Source: an uncultured Planctomycetota bacterium (lineage in GTDB: Bacteria; Planctomycetota; Planctomycetia; Isosphaerales; Isosphaeraceae). Taken from it: a stretch of DNA of 64,000 nt. Below are positions 24,240 through 34,363 of the stretch, piece by piece. Location: contig CAWGMQ010000003.1 of the NCBI GenBank assembly GCA_963823665.1, positions 32,001-96,000 on the forward strand. The letters run 5' to 3'. Numbering within the stretch: the stretch's first letter is position 1; each line of letters starts with the position of its first letter. The translations under genes and the position numbers were made by a program. The notes beneath the pieces are model-generated. The model saw only the letters and a list, made by a program, of their open reading frames with translations. It had not been told where the DNA came from and did no database searches.

Positions 24240-25052
24240 CTACTTCCTCCACCACTCGTCTTCTTGATAAAGCCCCATCGAGTGTGCTTGGTGGAGCGTC
24301 TGCAAAACCTGATAGTTGACGAACGCGAAGTAGCCGAAGAAGACAGTCAGGAAAATGTCCTTCGTGAGCTGATACACCACAAGCGCGAGCCCGCCTGCAA
24401 CCAGAAGTGAAACAATATGGCTCCAGCGCTGCCCTCGATGGCGATCGTACAGCGACAGCAGAATCTGCGTCGCTTGCCCGCCGTCCAGCGGCCAGATCGG
24501 CAGCAGATTGAGCAATCCCCAGAAGAGATTGATCAACATCAAGAACAGATAAGCATAGGCAGTATAATAAGTTGCACCCTCCGCCCCGAGAGTCACGGCG
24601 ATCTTGTCATGAACCCCGCCGAATCCGCTTCCCGTTCCCAGCCCGACGATCGCTCCTGCCGCTTGAACGTGTTCCAGCGGTGTGATCCTGAAGAACAGCG
24701 TGCCCAGCAGCATGACCAATCCCAGCAGCAAGAACCCCGCACCCGGCCCCGCAAGCACCACAGCCAACCGCTCGCGCGGCGTCTGCCGCTCTCCCTGACT
24801 GTAACAAAGGCCACCCATTCCCCACAGCACGATCGATGGTGTACACCCGAACGCTTTCGACATCAGGGCGTGCCCATACTCGTGCACCGTTATCGACACG
24901 AACACGCACAACACCCAGAGCAACACCACCGGGAGATTATTTTCGCGCCAACCCAGCACCGCCGCGACCGCCCAGAATAGCGGGTGAATCCGCACTGGCA
25001 CATCCAGCAGGCGAAACTTCAGGTCGAACGGGGTCTCGGCCAGGCCAACCAT
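24240..25052 (-). CDS. Site-2 protease (M50 family)
   Basis: HEYGH, LAGP, NLLPIWPLDGG. Confidence 0.92.
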   Translation of the reverse strand: MVGLAETPFDLKFRLLDVPVRIHPLFWAVAAVLGWRENNLPVVLLWVLCVFVSITVHEYGHALMSKAFGCTPSIVLWGMGGLCYSQGERQTPRERLAVVLAGPGAGFLLLGLVMLLGTLFFRITPLEHVQAAGAIVGLGTGSGFGGVHDKIAVTLGAEGATYYTAYAYLFLMLINLFWGLLNLLPIWPLDGGQATQILLSLYDRHRGQRWSHIVSLLVAGGLALVVYQLTKDIFLTVFFGYFAFVNYQVLQTLHQAHSMGLYQEDEWWRK

Positions 25053-25425
25053 GACTCACCTCGGCGGGCACTTCGCCCGCAACAGACTCTCGATCAACCC
25101 GGCCGGCGATGTCATTGAGCTGGCCAGGCACCCTATTCTAGGGAAGCAGCAAGCGTTCCGCAAACGCCCATCCCGAGACGGGTGCCGAAAAGCGCTCGGC
25201 AACGGATCAGACCTGCCTTCGTACCGATCAGCAACAGCGAGAGCGGTGCCAGCGGAAATGGGGTATCCCCGATCCTCCCTCCATCCTCCGCGCTCCTCTG
25301 ATCGGTCGCTTGCACGCTTCTACATGGGTGATTAAACGAAACTCTAGCCATTCTATGCAAGATAGGCGAGAATAGCAGTTTCGCGAAGACTGGTCAGGGT
25401 CAGGGCCTCTTCTGGAGCCGAGACC

Positions 25426-25653
25426 ATGCCCACGCAGTACCAGGTCATATCGCCGGACGGAACTTTGGTCGGCGAAGGTACTTCCATCGATGAAGTCGTC
25501 GAAGTCGTGCGCCGTGCGCAGCCCGGTCGATATCGCGTCGATATCGTCAAATCGGAAGCCGATCCCGCGCAAAGGTCCTCGCGCATCTGGGGAGAGGTCA
25601 TCAAAACAGTGCGCGGACGGATCAAATTAAGCGCTCCGCCGTGGGCCGATTGA
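25426..25653 (+). CDS. Small hypothetical protein (75 aa)
   Basis: GGAG upstream; protein-like sequence PGRYRVD...SRIWG...PPW. Confidence 0.6.
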   Translation: MPTQYQVISPDGTLVGEGTSIDEVVEVVRRAQPGRYRVDIVKSEADPAQRSSRIWGEVIKTVRGRIKLSAPPWAD

Positions 25654-25754
25654 CGTGCGGCCACGTCCCCACCGGACGAGAATTGCCATCGGGACGAGTT
25701 CGCGTCACAACCCGGTTGTTGCCGTTCGCCGCTTCGATATCGCGCATTGGGAAA

Positions 25755-26255
25755 TCAGCAGAATACCAGTTCATAATAAATGAGCGGCGTCGCCCGGTAC
25801 GTCACCCGTCCGACCTCCCGAAATCCGCATTTCGCGTAAAACTCTCCCGCTCCTGCCGCGGTGTTGTACGCGTCAAGCCGGATCGCATCGCCCGGCCACG
25901 CTCGCGCGATTTGCTTCGCGTCGTCGAGCATCGCCCGGCCGATTCCCGTGCGCTGCTGGCAAGGCTCCACGGCCATCGCCGTCAAATAGAGCGGCCGCTC
26001 ACACTTCGTGAAGTACGACTTGTCGATCGCCCACGGCTTCGTCGTCGCCAGCCGGAGACTGCCGACAACCTTGATGCCGCTCTTGGCCACGAAGACGCGC
26101 GAGGTTCGCAGCGCGAACAGGACGCCTTTCTCCGAAACATGAGACGACCAGTGGCCGCGGCCGAACTCGTCCGTGAGCCGATCGGCGACCGCCGTGTGCA
26201 GCTCCGCGATGGCCGCAGCATCGGCCGGCGTGGCTTCGGCAAGTCTGACGTTCAC
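25755..26255 (-). CDS. GNAT N-acetyltransferase
   Basis: MAVEPCQQRTGIG, AGEFYAKCGF; GTG start inferred. Confidence 0.88.
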   Translation of the reverse strand: MNVRLAEATPADAAAIAELHTAVADRLTDEFGRGHWSSHVSEKGVLFALRTSRVFVAKSGIKVVGSLRLATTKPWAIDKSYFTKCERPLYLTAMAVEPCQQRTGIGRAMLDDAKQIARAWPGDAIRLDAYNTAAGAGEFYAKCGFREVGRVTYRATPLIYYELVFC

Positions 26256-26348
26256 TTGACCATCTCCCGCGACCGTAGCAAACTGAAACGATCGCCATCC
26301 AGATCGCCCGACTGGTTTCTTCCCGTCATCTAGCCGGAAAGGGTTGCC

Positions 26349-27050
26349 ATGCAGCCTCTGCTGGTCTTGCTGACCGCGCACTTCGGATTGGTTTTCGCGG
26401 CCGTGCTCTCCGGCGACGACCAAGAAATCAAGTTCGCCGATTGCCCCGCGGCCGTTCGCAAGTCACTCGAAGCCGAATCCAAGGGGGCGAAGATCGAGAC
26501 GGTGACCAAGGAAACGGGTGACGACGAGCAGACAGTCTACTGGGCCGAAGTCAAGCTCGGCGGTCGCCCGTACGCAATCGGCGTGCTCGAAGATGGCACG
26601 CTGAGTGAAGTTAACCTCGCGGTTGATGATGCCGAAATACCCCTCGATAAATGCCCCGCCGCCGTTCGAACGACTCTACGCGACGAATGCTTCGGCGAGA
26701 AGATCACAGATGTCGGTAAGGACATCAAATACGGAGTCACGGTCTACGAGACACTCGTCGCGCATGCCGGCAAGTCCTACCAGCTCGTCGTTGCGGAGGA
26801 CGGGACGCTCGTCGAAAAAGTCCTCGTCATCACCGACGAGGAAGTCACGCTCGACAAGTGCCCCCTCGAGGTGAGAACCGCCTTGCGCGAGTGCGCGAAG
26901 GGTGGAACGATCGGGGACATAACCCGGTCGACCGGTCTTGGCCGCCAAACCTACGAAGCCGAGGTCAAGTCGAAGGACAGCATTTACTTGATCGAAGTCG
27001 CCGACGATGGGCACCTGATCTCGAAATCCCTGGAAGCTGCCGAGGAATGA
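26349..27050 (+). CDS. Exported PepSY-like repeat protein
   Basis: Signal peptide; three repeats beginning CPAAVR/CPAAVR/CPLEVR and ending in V.EDG-like turns. Confidence 0.75.
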   Translation: MQPLLVLLTAHFGLVFAAVLSGDDQEIKFADCPAAVRKSLEAESKGAKIETVTKETGDDEQTVYWAEVKLGGRPYAIGVLEDGTLSEVNLAVDDAEIPLDKCPAAVRTTLRDECFGEKITDVGKDIKYGVTVYETLVAHAGKSYQLVVAEDGTLVEKVLVITDEEVTLDKCPLEVRTALRECAKGGTIGDITRSTGLGRQTYEAEVKSKDSIYLIEVADDGHLISKSLEAAEE

Positions 27051-27064
27051 CCGGCGGTCCGATC

Positions 27065-28087
27065 TCAGCGTATCGACAACGCGACGTGCAGTTCCTGAAT
27101 CGCGTGCATGACGTGCCCTCGTGCTCGCCCCTGCCCCAGCGTGTATCCCCCCTGCCCCCCGAGCTGCATGTTAATCCCCTGCAGCGTCCGCAGCGCGTGG
27201 CTCATCCGAATATCCGACTGCGCCTGCGACATCCGCCCCGCCCCCCCGCCGCCAACGCCGCCACCTCTTCTTCCCATCCCCATCCCCCCTCCCATCCCCA
27301 TTCCGCGGTTCATCCCGGATGCGAATCCCGCCCCGTTGTAGATCATCGACCGGTGCGATAGTTGGCGAATCGCCATCGAGATCGCGTGCATCGCCCGAAC
27401 GCGATGCCCCCGGTAATCGTGATCGAGCCGGGCGAGCTGCCCGAGGACCGATCGCAGCCGCCCGACGATCCCACGGTTGTAACCCTGCGACCGCCCATAC
27501 CGGTAGCGGCGGCCATAATAGTGGTTTCGGTAGCCAGCGCCGTAACCGTAAGCCCGATAGAGACGAGCGTTTGGGCCGTAGCCGTATGTGTAGCCCGTCC
27601 CGTAAAGCCCGCCTGGGCTGTTGTTCGTCGCGCCAGTGCCGGTCGTCGCCAGGTTGTGCGTCGCGCCAGTGCCGGTCGTCGCCAGGTTGTGCGTCGCGCC
27701 AGTGCCGGTCGTCGCCAGATTTTGCCCGCCGGCGGTGTGGTTCTTTCCGTGACTGACAGTCGAGCCGGCCTTGTTCGTGGCAACATTCGCGTGACTCGCG
27801 TGTCCCGAGCTCCGCGCCGGCGCTTTGATTCGAGGCATGCGCGGCGCCTTGAACCCCCCGTGCGACCCGGAAACCCGCGGCGCATGCCCGCCATGTCCAC
27901 CGCCATGCCCGCCCCCGTGGCCCACCCAGGCATTCGCTTCGGGCCCCATCAGCAATAACCCGGCCAGAACGAACACCACAAGCAGAGTCGCCTTTCGCTC
28001 CGCGAAAGTGCGTCCTCCTATCAAAAACGACCGCGCCACAACGGACGCCAGCAACCCCGCTTGCTTGCCGCTCGATCGCCTTTTCAT
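27065..28087 (-). CDS. Exported Gly/Arg/Tyr-rich hypothetical protein
   Basis: Hydrophobic leader ending EANA; GGH repeats; HDYRGHRVRAMHAI domain; start uncertain. Confidence 0.65.
   Translation of the reverse strand: MKRRSSGKQAGLLASVVARSFLIGGRTFAERKATLLVVFVLAGLLLMGPEANAWVGHGGGHGGGHGGHAPRVSGSHGGFKAPRMPRIKAPARSSGHASHANVATNKAGSTVSHGKNHTAGGQNLATTGTGATHNLATTGTGATHNLATTGTGATNNSPGGLYGTGYTYGYGPNARLYRAYGYGAGYRNHYYGRRYRYGRSQGYNRGIVGRLRSVLGQLARLDHDYRGHRVRAMHAISMAIRQLSHRSMIYNGAGFASGMNRGMGMGGGMGMGRRGGGVGGGGAGRMSQAQSDIRMSHALRTLQGINMQLGGQGGYTLGQGRARGHVMHAIQELHVALSIR
27626..27720. repeat. 33-bp tandem repeat x3 (NLATTGTGATH)
   Basis: CGTCGCGCCAGTGCCGGTCGTCGCCAG at 27626, 27659 and 27692. Confidence 0.95.
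27987..28008. repeat. REP-like palindrome inside a probable coding region
   Basis: GTCGCCTTTCGCTCCGCGAAAG with hairpin CTTTCGC-TCC-GCGAAAG. Confidence 0.55.
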
Positions 28088-28320
28088 GGTGAAGAACCCC
28101 GGCGAGATGCGAGTACCCTGAAATCCCCCAGATTCCCGCGCAGTCCGAGTGTGCGGCGTGAACCGCCGCCAAACCCTGAAGTACCACAATCGTCGCTCGG
28201 ATAACCCATCTAACACCGCACCGAAACAAAAGTCTCGCAGCATGCTGCTAGTGTCCGGCCCCACCCCACTACCGCCTTCCCTTTTGACCAACCGCAAGTG
28301 AAAAATAGACCCGAATGCCA

Positions 28321-28356
28321 ACTTACAACTCACCACTGACAACTGACCACTGACAA
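28321..28356. repeat. Heptamer short tandem repeat
   Basis: TACAACT CACCACT GACAACT GACCACT GACAA just before the ATG at 28363. Confidence 0.75.
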
Positions 28357-28362
28357 ACCACA

Positions 28363-29307
28363 ATGCCCCTCACAGCCGCCTTGCTGGCAATGATCGTTGC
28401 TTTTCTCCAAGACGAGCCCGACTCCTCGAGCATCGTCGCCGCCGGCGCCAAGCTGGAAAAGGTCTGGGGCGACGGCTCGTTCACGGAAGGGGGCGCGCTT
28501 GACCAGGACGGCACGATGCTCTTTTCCGACATCGGCAACCGGATCATGCGGTTCGACCCGCGAACCGGCCGCACCTCCGTCTTTCGCGAGCCGAGCGGCC
28601 GCGCCAACGGGATGGTCTTCGACGGCCTCGGCCGCCTGATCGTCGCCGAGGGAGCCAACACCGGCGGCGGCCGCCGCGTCTCGGTCACCGACCGCGATGG
28701 CACGATTCGCAAGCTCGCCGACAGCTACGACAACAAGCGGTTCAACAGCCCCAACGACGTCGCCGTCGATCGCGAAGGACATGTGTATGTCTCCGACCCG
28801 CGCTACGTCGGCGACGAGCCTCGCGAGCTCGATTCGGAAGGAGTCTACTTGATCGGACTCCAGGGCGACGTCATCCCGCTTTTGACCACGGCAATTAAAC
28901 CCAATGGCCTGGCGATCTCGCCCGACGAGAAGACACTGTACATTTCCGACAACGGCTCCAGGCGGCGGGCGTTGATCGCGGCCGTTCGAGGGCCGGACGG
29001 CAAGGTTTCGAAAGCTCACGTCATCCATGACTTCGGCGCCGGCCGCGGAATCGACGGCATGACCGTCACCACCGACGGCCGGATCGTTGCCGCCGCGGCC
29101 TTGGACGGCAAGCCCGCTGTGATCGTCCTCTCGCCCGAGGGAAAAATCCTGGGCGGCATCGCCGTCCCCGAAGCACCCGCCAATGTCGAATTCGGCGGCG
29201 ACGACGGTAAGACGCTCTACATTTGCGCGGGAAAGAGCCTTTACCGGGTCAACACGACGATGACCGGCTATCGTCTAGGGCCTCCCCCGAAGAGAAACAG
29301 GAGTTAG
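28363..29307 (+). CDS. SMP-30/gluconolactonase family protein
   Basis: FTEG, FSDI, ANG, RFNSPND, SDPRY, PNG, DGM, NVEFGG. Confidence 0.93.
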   Translation: MPLTAALLAMIVAFLQDEPDSSSIVAAGAKLEKVWGDGSFTEGGALDQDGTMLFSDIGNRIMRFDPRTGRTSVFREPSGRANGMVFDGLGRLIVAEGANTGGGRRVSVTDRDGTIRKLADSYDNKRFNSPNDVAVDREGHVYVSDPRYVGDEPRELDSEGVYLIGLQGDVIPLLTTAIKPNGLAISPDEKTLYISDNGSRRRALIAAVRGPDGKVSKAHVIHDFGAGRGIDGMTVTTDGRIVAAAALDGKPAVIVLSPEGKILGGIAVPEAPANVEFGGDDGKTLYICAGKSLYRVNTTMTGYRLGPPPKRNRS

Positions 29308-29315
29308 ATCACGCG

Positions 29316-30152
29316 ATGCGCTTCACCAAGATGCACGGAATCGGCAACGATTACGTGTATGTCAGCACCTTCGACCAGCGCCCGCCGAGTGACCCCATCG
29401 CACTGGCGCGCGCCGTGAGCGACCGCCACACCGGCGTCGGCGGCGACGGCCTCATCATGATCATGCCGTCCGAACGCGCAGATGCGAAAATGCGAATGTT
29501 CAACGCCGACGGCTCCGAAGGCGAGATGTGCGGCAACGGCGTTCGCTGCGTCGCCAAGTACCTGTTCGACCATGGTATCGCCCAGAAGCAGCAGTTGACG
29601 ATCGAGACCGGCCGCGGAATCCTCACCCTCGATCTCGAGATCGACGGCCGCCGCGTGAAACGCGTCCGGGTCGACATGGGCACGCCCATCCTCTCCGCCG
29701 CCCTGATCCCGACGCTCCTGCCCGGCGACCCGCCGATTGACGCCCCGATCGAGGTCGGCGAGGGAACACTCCACGTCACCGCAGTCTCGATGGGCAACCC
29801 CCACATCGTCACTTACGACCCGGATGTCGCGTCGTTTCCGCTGGAAACCGTCGGCCCGTTACTCGAGCACCACACGGCATTCCCGCGCCGCGTGAACGTG
29901 CACGTGGTCGAGGTGAAGAGCCCCAGCGAGGTCACCATGCGCACCTGGGAGCGCGGCTCCGGCATCACTTTGGCGTGCGGCACGGGAGCTTGCGCCGTCT
30001 GCGTCGCCGGCGTTCTTACGGGCCGCACCGGACGCACTTTGCTCGCCCACCTCCCCGGCGGCGACCTCGAGCTCCACTGGCCCGGCGATGGCTCGCCCGT
30101 CTTCATGACCGGCCCAGCAACCGAGGTGTTTTCGGGTGAGTGGCCAGGTTGA
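29316..30152 (+). CDS. dapF: Diaminopimelate epimerase
   Basis: [40 protein letters not shown]. Confidence 0.97.
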   Translation: MRFTKMHGIGNDYVYVSTFDQRPPSDPIALARAVSDRHTGVGGDGLIMIMPSERADAKMRMFNADGSEGEMCGNGVRCVAKYLFDHGIAQKQQLTIETGRGILTLDLEIDGRRVKRVRVDMGTPILSAALIPTLLPGDPPIDAPIEVGEGTLHVTAVSMGNPHIVTYDPDVASFPLETVGPLLEHHTAFPRRVNVHVVEVKSPSEVTMRTWERGSGITLACGTGACAVCVAGVLTGRTGRTLLAHLPGGDLELHWPGDGSPVFMTGPATEVFSGEWPG

Positions 30153-30174
30153 ATACCGCGGGACGCGCTCCGTC

Positions 30175-30204
30175 GTAGCAGGCGCACTTCGTGTGCCGCT
30201 TCCG
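30175..30204 (+). repeat. GTAG-type REP-like palindrome
   Basis: GTAGCAGGCGCACTTCGTGTGCC just after dapF. Confidence 0.5.
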
Positions 30205-30401
30205 TCGTCCCGACTTTTTCAAAAACAAGTCCAGCGGCGAGAATGTCGAAGGGCTTTCATATTTCGGGCACGATAGCTAGCGTGCATCTCAAACACAAGA
30301 TTTCGAGAATTCGACGCGTTCTGTCGTAATCGGCTGACGGCGCAACGATGTTATGTCGCGAGGCAACTTGCCGTTTTTTTTGGGGGCGCCGCGGTTTAAT
30401 T

Positions 30402-33400
30402 TCACGCATTGGCAGCGGCATTGTCGGCGATCGCAAGCTCCGCATCCCCCGCCTGTCTACGCTGAACGTAGATGATGCCGCGATTGACGCGAGCCTGCGC
30501 CCGCTGGTCGGCGGGAGCATCGCTCATCTCGATCACGGCGGTGTAGTCGGCGATCGCAAGCTCCGCATCCCCTGCCTGTCCACGCTTGCCGTAGGCGAAG
30601 CCGCGACTGAAGCGAGCCCTCGCCCGTTGGTCTGCGGGAGCATCGGTCATCCCGATCACGGCGGTGTAGTCGGCGATCGCAAGCTCCGCATCCCCCGACC
30701 GCCCACGCTGGCCGTAGGCGATGCCGCGATTGAAGCGAGCCCTCGCCCGCTGGTCTGCGGGAGCATCGGTCATCCCGATCACGGCGGTGTAGTCGGTGAT
30801 CGCAAGCTCCGCATCGCCCGACCGCCCACGCTGGCCGTAGGCGAAGCCGCGATTGAAGCGAGCCCTCGCCCGCTGGTCTGCGGGAGCATCGGTCATCTCG
30901 ATCACGGCGGTGTAGTCGGCGATCGCAAGCTCGGCATCCCCCGCCTGCCCATGCTGGCCGTAGGCGATGCCGCGACTGCCGCGAGCCTTCGCCCGCTGGT
31001 CTGCGGGAGCATCGCTCATCTCGATCACGGCGGTGTAGTCGGCGATCTCAAGCTCCACATCCCCCGCCTGCCCATGCTGGCCGTAGGCGATGCCGCGGTT
31101 GACGCGAGCCTTCCCCCGCTGGTCTGCGGGAGCATCGCTCATCTCGATCACGGCGGTGTAGTCGGCGATCTCAAGCTCCACATCCCCCGACTGCCCACGC
31201 TGGCCGTAGGCGAAGCCGCGGTTGAGGTGAGCGTTCGCCCGCTGGTCTGCGGGAGCGTCGGTGATCTCGATCACGGCGGTGTAGTCGGCGATCGCAAGCT
31301 CCACATCCCCCGACTGCCCACGCCCGCCGTAGGTGATGCCGCGATTGACGCGAGCGTTCGCCCGCTGGTCCGCCGGAGCATCGGTCATCTCGATCACGGC
31401 GGTGTAGTCGGCGATCGCAAGCTCCGCATCCCCCGCCTGCCCACGCTGGCCGTAGGTGATGCCGCGATTGACGCGGGCCTTCGCCCGCTGGTCTGCGGGA
31501 GCATCGGTCATCTCGATCACGGCGGTGTAGTCGGCGATCGCAAGCTCCACTTCCCCCGCCTGCCCACGCTGGCCGTAGGTGATGCCGCGATTGACGCGAG
31601 CCTTCGCCCGCTGGTCTGCGGGAGCATCGGTCATCTCGATCACGGCGGTGTAGTCGGCGATCGCAAGCTCCACTTCCCCCGCCTGCCCACGCTGGCCGTA
31701 GACGTAGCCGCGGCCGATGCGAGCCATCGCCCGCTGGTCTGCGGGAGCATCGGGCATCTCGATCACGGCGGTGAAGTCGGCGATCTCAAGCTCCACATCC
31801 CCCGCCTGCCCACGCTGGCCGTAGGCGTAGCCGCGAATGACGCGAGCCTTCGCCCGCTGGTCTGCGGGAGCATCGGTCATCTCAATCACGGCGGTGTAGT
31901 CGGCGATCGCAAGCTCCACATCCCCCGCCTGCCCACGCTGGCCGTAGGCGATGCCGCGAATGACGCGAACCTGCGCCCGCTGGTCTGCGGGAGCATTGGG
32001 CATCTCGATCACGGCGGTGTAGTCGGCGATCTCAAGCTCCACATCCCCCGCCTGTCTACGCTGACCGTAGGTGGTGCCGCGACTGAAGCGAGCCCACGCC
32101 CGGTGGTCTGCGGGCGCATCGGGCATCTCGATCACGGCGGTGAAGTCGGCGATCGCAAGCTCCAAATCCCCGACCTGACAACGCTGGCGGTAAGTGATGC
32201 CGCGATTGGCGCGAGCCCTCGCCCTCTGGTCTGCGGGAGCATCGGTCATTTCAATCACGGCGGTGTAGTCGGCAATCGCACGCTCCGCATCCCCGACCTG
32301 CCCCCGATCTGCGTAGACGCGGCCGCGACGGAAGCGGGCCAACGCACGTTCTTGAAGCGGGAGGACGTTGGAGTGTGTGACAACGAAGTCCAAGTCGGGG
32401 AGTGCGCGTAACGGGATTGGGGCCGAAGTAGACATCGGATGCGGCTGCGAAACGCTTGCGCACGCCGGCTGCCAACGCCTGATTGATGTTGCTGGTGGAC
32501 TCTCCGGTGAAGATCGCCTGGGCGTGCGTTAGATCCGCTTTGATTGTTTCGATTGCATCGCTGAGGTCCAGCTCGTCCGAGGCGCCTGTAGCGGCAGACG
32601 GGTCAAGATCTGTGCCGTACGTCCCCGGTGTCGAGTCAGACGAAGGAACTCGAGCGCGGTCGGTCCTTGTCGAGAGCGTGATTCCTTTGAGATCACAAGT
32701 ATCGAGTTTTTCCCGCGCGACGAGGATCGGCTCACGAAACAAGCGAGGGAGGGTCGAGCCGACAAGGTGTTGATGCATCTCGGCAAGCAAATTGTCGGCA
32801 CTCTTGATCGGCACGTAGAAGGCGTCACGCTTCGAAAGGATCTCCTTAGCATCAGCAGTGAGGTCGCTGCTATTCGGACTCGTGCCGCGATCACACCAGT
32901 AGAGATTGAAGGTGAAACGGTCAACGCTTTTGAGCGCCCGGGTGATAGAATCATCCCACCCACTGAAGCCGATGATCAGCACCGCGTGTTTTCGGAAGTA
33001 GTCCGGAAGCAGGCTGTGATTCTTCGTGGCGAACTCCTCGATCTCCTCGGGGCTACTGGCGAGGATGTAACGATAGATGCTGCCGTGCGCGTGAACCAGA
33101 TGAAGGGCATCCAAGACCCCGTCATCATCAGGCGCTTGAAGCGTGTCAGGGCGATCGGAGACGAAGTACGGGGCATTGAACAACTGAAGCGATCGCTGAA
33201 GTAGGGGATCGAAATTGGTGGTGAAAACGGTTCCGAGCAGGTGCGGCAACTCGGCGATGATGGAGGCCAGAAAAAGGTGTGCAGCATTAAGTCGATGCCC
33301 GGCGCGGCGAATGATGTCCCCGAAGTACTGCCGAACCATGTGTGCATTGTACAGTCCCGGCGTACAAACGGGGGCCAGCGCAAATCTATACGCCTCTCCC

Positions 33401-33771
33401 ACCGTTTCACGCGAGGGAAGGCCCTCGGCATCGAGCTGAAAAGGCTTTCTCTTGGGGTCGGCGGGCTGGTCGTTCTGACACGCCAGCACGCGCTGCCAGA
33501 ACTCTCTGGCTTCTTCCTTAATGCCGGCCGCAAACGCAATCTCTTTTCGGTCGAGGTAATCCTGCAACTTCGGACCGCCCGGTTCGACTCGCTTACACCA
33601 AAGCCACCAAGGAAGGTCTTCACGGACGAGTTGGGACGTGGTAGGGACGATGGGAACACTGAAGCCAGAGCCCAGAATCAGAGTAAACGCGGGCGGCTTA
33701 CCAGCCGCAGGTCGGCAGCAAGCCTTCATTCGCACAAATAACTCGTCACGTTTTAGAATATTGTACGCCAT
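30402..33771 (-). CDS. SIR2-family (SIR2_2-like) NADase fused to a 16-unit TPR-like array, ~1120 aa; frame break near 32410
   Basis: LILGSGFS, FTTNFD, HAHGS, IIGFSGWD in ORF 32251..33852; continues ...FGPNP/LRALPDLDF... into repeat ORF 30402..32435. Confidence 0.88.
30405..32354 (-). repeat. 123-bp tandem repeat, 15 full units plus 1 partial (41-aa TPR-like)
   Basis: ATCACGGCGGTGTAGTCGG recurs every 123 nt; consensus DQRAKARVNRGITYGQRGQAGDVELAIADYTAVIEMTDAPA. Confidence 0.97.
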
Positions 33772-33789
33772 TGAAATCATCCTAATCGT

Positions 33790-33905
33790 TGCCAGGTAAC
33801 CGGCCGCGAGCTTGCGTAGCTCGTCATAGAGCAGCAGAAAGAGCTGCGCCAAAGCTTTCGAGCGGCCTTCTTCGTCAAAGGTGAAGCTCGGGTGATCTCG
33901 TTCAT
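33790..33905 (-). pseudogene. N-terminal remnant of a planctomycete ECF sigma factor (TIGR02999-like)
   Basis: MNEITR then, in a shifted frame, ALAQLFLLLYDELRKLAAGYLA; nothing of the rest follows. Confidence 0.7.
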
Positions 33906-34302
33906 GAAGTTAAGGATACTCGGCCGGGACAGCTCCGTCGAAGATAGGCCGGCAATTGCTGAGTGTGGGATCAAGCCACGAAGACGAACAACCTGTCCCA
34001 ATACGTCGAACCAACCAGTGATTTTCGTAGCAACGACGCGACTTTGCGTTGTAGTTGGGGCTTCATAGCGATCCAGATGTCACGTAAGAGTTCGACAATT
34101 TCATCGGCACGCTGTGTCGGCGGCCGCACCGGTTCAGGCCGCAGCCCGATGACCTCTCCATCGACCAATTTACGTTATCACTAGGCGTTTCATTTTCCGT
34201 AGTTCCCACAATATAAGCATGCCTATGGCGTGCCCGCCTGAAAAACAGTTATCCTTAACTGTATGGAGAAAACGACTTAAGACAAGGTCCCGCCTCCCTC
34301 AT

Positions 34303-34349
34303 TGGGCGCGGTTCTCCAGACCCCGCCCCCAACCCGACCGCAGGTCTCC
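34303..34349. repeat. REP-like element
   Basis: GGGCGCGGTTCTCCAGACCCCGCCC...CGACCGCAGGTCTCC imperfect palindrome after the DUF1501 stop. Confidence 0.45.
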
Positions 34350-34363
34350 TGCCAGTCCATGCC

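Noticed and set aside
30405..32354. CRISPR array or DGR template/variable repeat
   Set aside because: Units are contiguous, in frame and have no unique spacers; no cas or reverse transcriptase gene in the window
30348..32411. 687-aa plus-strand repeat ORF (DHGGVVGDRKL...)
   Set aside because: Antisense shadow of the 123-bp array; one stop-free unit repeated gives a long ORF, and the minus frame is TPR-like and joins SIR2
34240..34265. ACAGTTATCCTTAACTGT hairpin as an attC or att site
   Set aside because: Short, no matching partner site and no integrase in the window
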